This document shows, in pieces, positions 1 to 5,240 of a DNA stretch of 5,968 bases (position 1 is its first letter; every line of letters starts with the position of its first letter). The notes beneath the pieces are model-generated. The model made no database searches. It was not told where the DNA came from and was given only the letters and a program-made list of their open reading frames with translations. Made by a program: the position numbers and the translations under genes. Source of the DNA: Candidatus Caldarchaeales archaeon. Lineage in GTDB: Archaea; Thermoproteota; Nitrososphaeria_A; Caldarchaeales; Calditenuaceae. The stretch covers positions 1-5,968 of the forward strand of contig JAVVGN010000106.1 in NCBI GenBank assembly GCA_032249095.1, in the 5' to 3' direction.

Positions 1-41
1 TTTATCTCTCCTCTTCTACACATATTAAATGGCTTCTATAA

Positions 42-938
42 CTTCAGATCTTCGGGTTTCTGGGGCCAAATGGGGCAGGAAAAACGACGACGATCAACGT
101 CCTCACAACAATCATGAAGCCGACTTCGGGTCGAGGAGTAATCTCGGGCTACGACGTGTTGGAGGAGCCGGCAAAGGTAAGAGAGGTGATCGGATACGTC
201 CCCCAAGACCTCACCGGCTATGAGAACTTAATGCTCCATGCGTCACTCTATCATTTAGCGCGAAGCGAGGCCAAAGCAAAGGCGAGAGAAGTGCTGAGAT
301 TCATGGAGCTAGAAAGATTCGCCGACAAGAAAGTCGAAACATACTCTGGCGGAATGAAAAAAAGGCTTGAGATCGGCTGCGCACTAATCCACCAACCACA
401 AGTACTCTTCCTTGACGAGCCTACACTTGGCCTTGATGTCCAGACACGCGCTAGGATCTGGGAACACATCAGGCTCCTCTCAAGGGACCATGATGTAACA
501 ATTTTCCTGACCACGCACTACATGGATGAAGCAGACTCGTTGTGTGACCGCGTAGCTATTATAGATAATGGCCGGATAAAGGCTATAGATACGACCACAA
601 ACCTGAAGACATCTATTGGCGGGGATCTGATAGAGTTGGAGGTGGCTCATACCAATTCTAGTGTGGGGGAGGCCATTAGTTCCATCCGGGGCGTTAACGA
701 GGTCTCTCAGGAGGACGGAGTTATCCGGATTTGGGTCGAGAGAGGTGAACTCGTGATGCCTCAGCTGCTCGGCGAGCTAATCAGGCTTGGAGTCGATTTA
801 CGGCGAGCGGAGATGAAGAGGCAGAGTTTGGATGAGGTGTTCCTCAGACTGACCGGCAGGTCTCTAAGAGACATGGGAGGCAGCCGGGACGAGATAATGA
901 GGAGAAACATCACCATTAGGAGGATGAGGAGAAGTTGA
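42..938 (+). pseudogene. ABC transporter ATP-binding protein (ABC-2/DrrA-like subfamily with C-terminal accessory domain), 5'-disrupted. The ATG-initiated ORF 114..938 lacks the Walker A motif, which lies in-frame upstream.
   Basis: Same frame as ORF 114..938. Codons 45-92 read QIFGFLGPNGAGKTTT, with Walker A GPNGAGKTT at 63-89. An in-frame TAA sits at 39-41, and there is no ATG/GTG/TTG between 42 and 113. Frame 1 of bases 1-45 reads ...ILNGFYNF, which resembles the segment normally preceding Walker A, suggesting a small frameshifting deletion. Downstream motifs are intact: Q-loop Q at 204-206, signature YSGGMKKRL (SGGM 345-356), Walker B VLFLDEPTLGLD and H-loop LTTHYM. The stop overlaps the next gene's start (TTGA at 935-938). 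Confidence 0.6.
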
Positions 939-1804
939 GGGAGATATCAGAGATCGGGGCATTAGCCTATAGGGAGCTGAAAAAGTGGTACAGGTCCCCA
1001 ATACTCATCTTCATGACCTCGATTCAGCCACTTCTCTGGATGGGATTGTATGGCAAGGCCCTAAACCTCACAGGACTGCTTAGGATCCCTGAAGACCTCT
1101 TGAGCCAGCTTCCGCCTGAAGCGACGCAAAGGCTAGCCCTGATAATCAACTAGGTTCTCTCACGATACTTTGGGTCCTCGGACATAGACTTCTTCAGCTA
1201 CATCGCTGTGGGCATGATGGAAGTGATCCTTCTCTTCACCGCGATGTCGAGCGGGATGTCCGTGGCCTGGGACAGACGGCTCGGCTTCCTAAACAAGCTA
1301 CTATGCGCCCCTATCAACCGCAGCTCTATCCTCTTCGGGAAGGTAGCTTCCTCAGTAGTTAGGGGTGTCGCGCAGGCGCTCCTAGTCATGCTGATCGGGC
1401 TGGCCCTAGGGCTACATATCCATGTAGCTGGGCCCGCAGAGTTCCTGGCGGCACTTCTGGTGCTTGCACTACTGTGTGGATCCTTCTCGACTATCATAAC
1501 AGCGCTGACCCTGAAGATAAAGACTTGGGAGTATCATATCGCGATAAACAACCTGATAACGTTGCCGCTAATGTTTACCAGCAGCGCGCTATACCCTATC
1601 TCCCTGATGCCAGACTGGCTCAGAGCCCTAGCCACAGTTAACCCGCTTACACATGGAATAGAAGCTTTGAGACAACTACTTCTTCTAGGCGAGGGGGTGG
1701 TTAATCCCGTGGTAATCCCCCATATCTGGTTCCTAGTGGTCTTCGCGGCAGGCTCCTTCGTCCTCGGCTACTTCTTGTCGGGTCTCGCACTGAGGAGCAT
1801 CTGA
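935..1804 (+). pseudogene. ABC-2 type transporter permease interrupted by a single in-frame TAG at 1151-1153. The ORF track splits it into 935..1153 and 1208..1804.
   Basis: Both tracked ORFs are in the same frame. Translating through the TAG gives ...RLALIIN*VLSRYFGSSDIDFFSYIAVGMMEVILLF..., a continuous 289-codon multi-pass membrane protein. It carries ABC-2-like segments (ELKKWYRSPILIF, WDRRLGFLNKLLCAPINRSSILFGK). The TTG start at 935 overlaps the ATPase stop by 4 nt. Confidence 0.7.
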
Positions 1805-1815
1805 CGCTGAGTGGT

Positions 1816-2583
1816 TCAGAAGAGGGAGAACCGCCCCCTCATAAGGGCCCTCCTCATCAAGGCTTTCTCCAGCCAGACTCCTAGGACTGCGAGGGAGAGG
1901 ACTACTACGAATCCTGTGAGGAAGAGTTGGTATGGGTGGAGATAGAAGTTCCCCGTGGCGGAGGCTACGATTGGATGAATGATGTAGAAGAATGGGGAGT
2001 AAGTGAGGGCGGCCCGTAGGTCAGGCGGCAGCACCTCCACGGGTATTGCTCCACTAGTGAATGGGACAGCGAACTGTACGACGTTTAGAACAATCCATGG
2101 GGAGCGCAGCGCTATGAGCATGATGGATAGTACCGAGCTGAAGAGGTAGAGAAAGGCGATGGCTTGGATGAGGGCTGGGACCATGAGCTCGGGCCGGGCT
2201 ACCGTTATATTGGTGCCGAAGCTCACTGCTGAGATCAGGAGCAGGAACGGGCCGCCGATCGCGAAGTCTAGCAGCGAGATAACAATCCTTCCCGTAACGT
2301 GAAGCCTCACACTACCCCCCGAGACCAGCACGTTCTCAAGTATTCCCTCCTGTATCGATGTCGAGAGGGAGTTAGCTGCCCACGTAAAGGATGAGACCAA
2401 GATGAATGAGAAGAAGCTCCATGTCAATGCATTGAGGTGATACTGGGACTTCAGCAGGTCTGGGGAGTACATAAGAATGGAGAAGAAAAAGAACATGGTC
2501 CAGAACGGCCAGGAGACGAGGTCTGAGACAAGCCACGCCCTATACCTCGCATACCCCTTCAGACCTCTCTCGATCTCGACCAT
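1816..2583 (-). CDS. ABC-2 type transporter permease (second permease subunit of the minus-strand operon)
   Basis: Hydrophobic protein with about 6 predicted TM segments and an ABC-2-like segment (EGILENVLVSGGS). It is the last gene of the operon. The longest ORF starts at TTG 2652, which would overlap the upstream gene by 65 nt. ATG 2583 (MVEIERGLKGY...) lies 4 nt after the upstream TAG (2588-2590) and is preferred. ATG 2616 is an alternative. Confidence 0.75.
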   Translation of the reverse strand: MVEIERGLKGYARYRAWLVSDLVSWPFWTMFFFFSILMYSPDLLKSQYHLNALTWSFFSFILVSSFTWAANSLSTSIQEGILENVLVSGGSVRLHVTGRIVISLLDFAIGGPFLLLISAVSFGTNITVARPELMVPALIQAIAFLYLFSSVLSIMLIALRSPWIVLNVVQFAVPFTSGAIPVEVLPPDLRAALTYSPFFYIIHPIVASATGNFYLHPYQLFLTGFVVVLSLAVLGVWLEKALMRRALMRGRFSLF

Positions 2584-2587
2584 CACT

Positions 2588-3364
2588 CTACCAGCTAACG
2601 CCCCTCTTCCTGACATAGAGCGACTCGCCCACCTTGTAAACCCATAGACCAATCACGAGATATCCGAGGAGAAGTGTTTGGGGTGGGTAGGCCGCTAGCT
2701 GGATCGACCCAGATATTATCTCCCTGGTAGACTCCACAACGTGTGAGTAGGGAAGGATCCTACCGATGGCCTGTAGGAAGATGGGTAGGAGCGTGGTGGG
2801 GTACGCGAAGCCTGAGACCGCCGCCACCACAGAGTTGAACGCGTTAGTAACGGGCTCGGGCTCCCTAAATACTAGTGTCATCACTCCGACAATCAGGTTA
2901 AGCCCTATTATAGGGAGCAGGGCCGCTGCCAAGTAGAGTATGGATAGAAAAGTGGTTGGAAGCTGGTGAGGGCCAAAGACAACGAGGACGCCTATGCTTG
3001 CGATGAAAACAAAGTTGATTATGTTGAAGATTACGCTGGAGATGGATGAAGCAGCTATGACGATAAATGGATTGATCGGGGCGGCCAGGATGTACTCTAG
3101 CCTGCCGGTCATGAGGCCTCTCCTGAAGAACCAGGCGGTGGAGCTGGTCATCGTGAAGACTATCATCATTAGGGCGAGACCGATGAGCTGGTATAGCCAC
3201 TGCTTAGGCGAGGCCGCTCCTCCAGTGAGGGCCTGTCCCGCCCCATATGTGAGGAACGATATCATGAAGGGGAACATGAGCATGAAGAGGAAGGCCCCAG
3301 CCTCCCTGAGGAATGTCTTGACCTCGGCCTCAAAGACCCCTGCAAGCTGGTTGAGGCTCCTCAT
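2588..3364 (-). CDS. ABC-2 type transporter permease (first permease subunit)
   Basis: 258 aa, about 6 hydrophobic segments, ABC-2-like motif GRLEYILAAPINP. ATG 3364-3362 overlaps the ATPase TGA (3363-3361) as ATGA, a translational-coupling arrangement. Confidence 0.8.
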   Translation of the reverse strand: MRSLNQLAGVFEAEVKTFLREAGAFLFMLMFPFMISFLTYGAGQALTGGAASPKQWLYQLIGLALMMIVFTMTSSTAWFFRRGLMTGRLEYILAAPINPFIVIAASSISSVIFNIINFVFIASIGVLVVFGPHQLPTTFLSILYLAAALLPIIGLNLIVGVMTLVFREPEPVTNAFNSVVAAVSGFAYPTTLLPIFLQAIGRILPYSHVVESTREIISGSIQLAAYPPQTLLLGYLVIGLWVYKVGESLYVRKRGVSW

Positions 3365-4335
3365 GAGGTCACCACTTTCTCGAAAACCTCCTCAAGGCTT
3401 GGCTCATGCACCCTGACGTAGCCGACCCTGCATCCATCACTCCTTAACTGCTCCAAGAGTCTAACTAGGTCCTCGCTTGGCTGGCTGGTCTCCAAGGTTA
3501 TTACCGGATACCCCCTCTCGCCGACCTGTGTCTGGAATATGGCCGCCGCCGCGGGGGAGTCGAGGAGCTCCACCTCTATGCGGTAGTTCAGCCGCAGCCT
3601 CTCCTTCAAGTCTGCGGGGGAGCCTTCTACCACAATCTTGCCTCCCTTGATCAGTGAGACCTTGTTGCTTAGGTTCTCGACCTCCCACATGTTGTGGCTG
3701 GTCAGCAGGATGGTTCTGCCCTGCGTCGCTAAGTCCCGGATTACTTGACGCACTCTCCTCGCTGAAAGTGGGTCGAGACCGATGGTTGGCTCGTCGAAGA
3801 ATATTATAGAAGGGTCGTTAATCATGGCCTTTGCTATGCTTAACTTGGCCTTCATGCCGAGGCTGTACTCCTCGTAAAGCCTCTTACCCTCGTCGGCTAA
3901 ACCTACCAGCTCTAGCAACTCACGGGCTCGGCGGATGGCCTCGCCCCTGCTAAATCCATAAAGCCTCCCGTAGTAAACCAAGTTCTCGAGACCTGTCAGT
4001 CGCGTGTAAAACCCCTTGTCCGGCGCTAGGACAAGACCTATAATCTCCCTAACCTTCTCCGGCTCCTTAACCACGTCGAAGCCTCCGACCAGGGCCCTAC
4101 CCGAGTCCGGTATCAGAAGGGTTGACAGGATCTTGATAGTGGTTGTTTTCCCCGCCCCATTCGGCCCAACTAGGCTATGTATCTGACCCCTACCTATCCT
4201 CAAGGTCAGGCCGTCAACAGCGTTCACAATCACCGTCTGTTTCCTCAGTAAGGCCCGGCCGACACTTGTCTTGAAAGTCTTTTTTAGGTCTTCCGCCTCA
4301 ACGGCGTAGCTCTGCAACCCTCGATAAACCCCCAT
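3361..4335 (-). CDS. ABC transporter ATP-binding protein (ABC-2/BcrA-like, with C-terminal accessory domain)
   Basis: Walker A GPNGAGKTT (4141-4167), signature-like YSLGMKAKL (SLGM at 3853-3864), Walker B IIFFDEPTIGLD and H-loop LLTSHNM. A roughly 90-aa C-terminal domain ends in SLEEVFEKV. The ATG at 4335 overlaps the GNAT gene end by 38 nt. A TTG at 4317 is an alternative start. Confidence 0.9.
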   Translation of the reverse strand: MGVYRGLQSYAVEAEDLKKTFKTSVGRALLRKQTVIVNAVDGLTLRIGRGQIHSLVGPNGAGKTTTIKILSTLLIPDSGRALVGGFDVVKEPEKVREIIGLVLAPDKGFYTRLTGLENLVYYGRLYGFSRGEAIRRARELLELVGLADEGKRLYEEYSLGMKAKLSIAKAMINDPSIIFFDEPTIGLDPLSARRVRQVIRDLATQGRTILLTSHNMWEVENLSNKVSLIKGGKIVVEGSPADLKERLRLNYRIEVELLDSPAAAAIFQTQVGERGYPVITLETSQPSEDLVRLLEQLRSDGCRVGYVRVHEPSLEEVFEKVVTS

Positions 4336-4831
4336 TCTGCCGGAGGGTCTTCTCCGTCTCTATCGCGTATTTGCTGAAGATGGGTCTAAACTTCATGTTC
4401 TCGTAGAACTCTGCGGCTATCTTGTGGAGTGAGGGAAACTCGGCAGTTATGATTCCCGCGTCACGCTCCTTCAGAATCCTTGAGCCTTCAAGGACTAGGA
4501 GGCTGGCAACACCCTTCCTCCTGAACTCGGGCAGGACGTATAGCTCCCTGATAATGCCTTCTAGTGGCGGGTCATAAAAAAGCCGATCGACAATGTCCGC
4601 CTTAAGCACGCCCACAAGCTTGCCCTCATACTCCGCCACCAAGACAAGGGATCTCGACGATTGAAGCGCTTCATCCACGTATTTCTCGACAGCCTGCGAT
4701 ACGGTGGGAGAGAGCCTCAGAAGTGGGTCGAACTCCTCGTTGAGCCTCTTTGCCCTCAATACCAGCTCAACTATACCTGGCCTGTCAGACTGCCGCGCGG
4801 CCCGCACGGTCACCGACGAGGACAACCTCAT
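4298..4831 (-). CDS. GNAT-family N-acetyltransferase
   Basis: About 177 aa with acetyl-CoA binding motif A, LYVLPEFRRKGVASLLV (RRKGVA at 4505-4522), and a beta-strand/helix pattern typical of GNAT. The ORF track starts at GTG 4837. ATG 4831 (MRLSSS...) is two codons in and lies about 25 nt downstream of a TATA-like box. It is the first gene of the operon. Confidence 0.8.
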   Translation of the reverse strand: MRLSSSVTVRAARQSDRPGIVELVLRAKRLNEEFDPLLRLSPTVSQAVEKYVDEALQSSRSLVLVAEYEGKLVGVLKADIVDRLFYDPPLEGIIRELYVLPEFRRKGVASLLVLEGSRILKERDAGIITAEFPSLHKIAAEFYENMKFRPIFSKYAIETEKTLRQNGGLSRVAELRR

Positions 4832-4851
4832 AACCACCTACTCGGACCCAC

Positions 4852-4859
4852 CTATAATA
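4852..4859 (-). promoter_or_regulatory. Archaeal TATA-box-like element for the GNAT/ABC operon
   Basis: The minus strand reads GAGAATAC-TATTATAG-GTGGGTCCGAGTAGGTGGTT-ATG. The box centre is about 25 nt upstream of ATG 4831, consistent with a leaderless or very short-leader first gene. Confidence 0.45.
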
Positions 4860-4984
4860 GTATTCTCGAATGATGGAGGAGGGATGGAGGGGGCCTGCTT
4901 ATTCTTAAAGCGGTTTTTCGTTTCCCATCTATTAGTATTCTTGAACTGCTCTTAATCAGAAGTGCATTACTTAGGTATTGTTCT
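4858..4984. repeat. Periodic TATTCT boxes: 3 exact and 1 degenerate copy at 36-40 nt spacing, including a 13-nt direct repeat
   Basis: TATTCT at 4861-4866, 4900-4905 and 4936-4941, and TATTGTTCT at 4976-4984. TAGTATTCTCGAA (4858-4870) and TAGTATTCTTGAA (4933-4945) differ at one base. The first copy abuts the GNAT TATA box. Confidence 0.6.
4872..4893. repeat. Tandem 11-nt direct repeat GATGGAGGAGG / GATGGAGGGGG (one mismatch)
   Basis: Read directly at 4872-4882 and 4883-4893. It lies 15-40 nt upstream of the GNAT TATA box in the direction of transcription. It is also a run of G tracts (GGAGGAGGGATGGAGGGGG). Confidence 0.7.
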
Positions 4985-5020
4985 GCCTTTATGCGGCGGG
5001 ATCCGTGGACACGAGATTTA

Positions 5021-5036
5021 ACCCTATTATAAGGGT
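5021..5036. promoter_or_regulatory. Palindromic TATA-like element ACCCT-ATTATA-AGGGT (possible bidirectional promoter or protein-binding palindrome)
   Basis: Read directly. The core CTATTATA(A/G)G is the same sequence as the GNAT TATA box read on the minus strand (4851-4860). Plus-strand use would place a start site near 5052-5060. Minus-strand use would place one near 5000. Confidence 0.35.
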
Positions 5037-5040
5037 CAGT

Positions 5041-5150
5041 GGTTTGATTAGGTGAGCGTTGTGAGGCTTAGTGTTTGTGTGGGTTGAGGATCAGAGGGAT
5101 TGAGAGACGAGTAGAAAAAGAGGAAAGATTGGGGGAGGGATTGATTAGTC
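5041..5150 (+). repeat. Strand-asymmetric G-rich, C-poor tract with direct repeats (GAGGGATTGA twice, TTGATTAG twice, multiple GATT and GAGG)
   Basis: I counted 46 G and 5 C in 110 nt. GAGGGATTGA occurs at 5094-5103 and 5135-5144. TTGATTAG occurs at 5044-5051 and 5141-5148. Confidence 0.7.
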
Positions 5151-5195
5151 TGTATGTCCCCGGTAGTAAGTCTAGGAACCCCAGACACCGGGATT

Positions 5196-5230
5196 AAAAA
5201 CATGGAGCCCGCCGGAGAAATTCTCCGGCG
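5196..5230 (-). terminator. Hairpin plus oligo-T, a likely terminator of the recombinase gene
   Basis: The perfect palindrome CGCCGGAGAA-A-TTCTCCGGCG (5210-5230) begins 10 nt after the stop codon (5241-5243). On the minus strand a T5 run follows 9 nt later (5200-5196). Confidence 0.5.
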
Positions 5231-5240
5231 ATTAAAAGCC

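Noticed and set aside
29-223. 64-aa plus-strand ORF (MASITSDLRVSGAKWGRKNDDDQRPH...)
   Set aside because: It is out of frame across the Walker A coding region of the ABC ATPase. The sequence is basic and low-complexity with no recognisable motif, so it is an overlapping-frame artefact.
251-514. 87-aa minus-strand ORF antisense to the first ATPase
   Set aside because: Shadow ORF inside a gene with clear ABC motifs on the opposite strand, and it has no motif of its own.
1151-1153. In-frame TAG read as pyrrolysine
   Set aside because: Pyrrolysine decoding is known only from particular methanogens and a few bacteria carrying pyl genes. Nothing in the window suggests that context, and the partner ATPase is also damaged, so a nonsense mutation is the more economical reading.
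1198-1497. 99-aa minus-strand ORF antisense to the first permease
   Set aside because: Shadow ORF. The opposite-strand frame encodes a coherent membrane protein.
2898-3416. ORFs 2898..3200 (-, alternative frame) and 2994..3416 (+, antisense) within the permease gene 2588..3364
   Set aside because: Both are Arg/His/Pro-rich or otherwise featureless translations that overlap a well-supported ABC-2 permease frame.
3461-3688. 75-aa minus-strand ORF in an alternative frame of the ATPase gene
   Set aside because: It is Gly/Arg/Pro-rich and low-complexity. The overlapping frame carries the ABC C-terminal domain.
4869-4876. C-box-like ATGATGG, suggesting a C/D box sRNA
   Set aside because: There is no CTGA D box or C'/D' pair at the required 50-60 nt spacing on either strand.
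4661-4955. Plus-strand ORFs 4661..4873 and 4704..4955, antisense to GNAT and extending into the intergenic region
   Set aside because: They have no motifs, lie antisense to a gene with a clear GNAT motif A, and run across the operon promoter.
4991-5060. tRNA-like cues (GCGGCGG start, GGTTTGATT resembling a T-loop)
   Set aside because: No complementary acceptor 3' strand and no D, anticodon or T stems could be drawn, so the resemblance is superficial.
4858-5150. Possible CRISPR array, given the regularly spaced repeats
   Set aside because: The repeat units are only 6-13 nt and imperfect, there is no 24-37 nt repeat unit, and there are too few copies. The spacing fits operator-like boxes, not CRISPR.
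5048-5203. 51-codon minus-strand ORF (MFLIPVSGVPRLTTGDIQTNQSLPQSFLFFYSS...) through the C/T-rich strand
   Set aside because: The open frame is explained by composition, since a pyrimidine-rich strand rarely forms stop codons. It is Ser/Thr/Pro/Gln low-complexity, starts after the terminator hairpin, and has no promoter or SD evidence.
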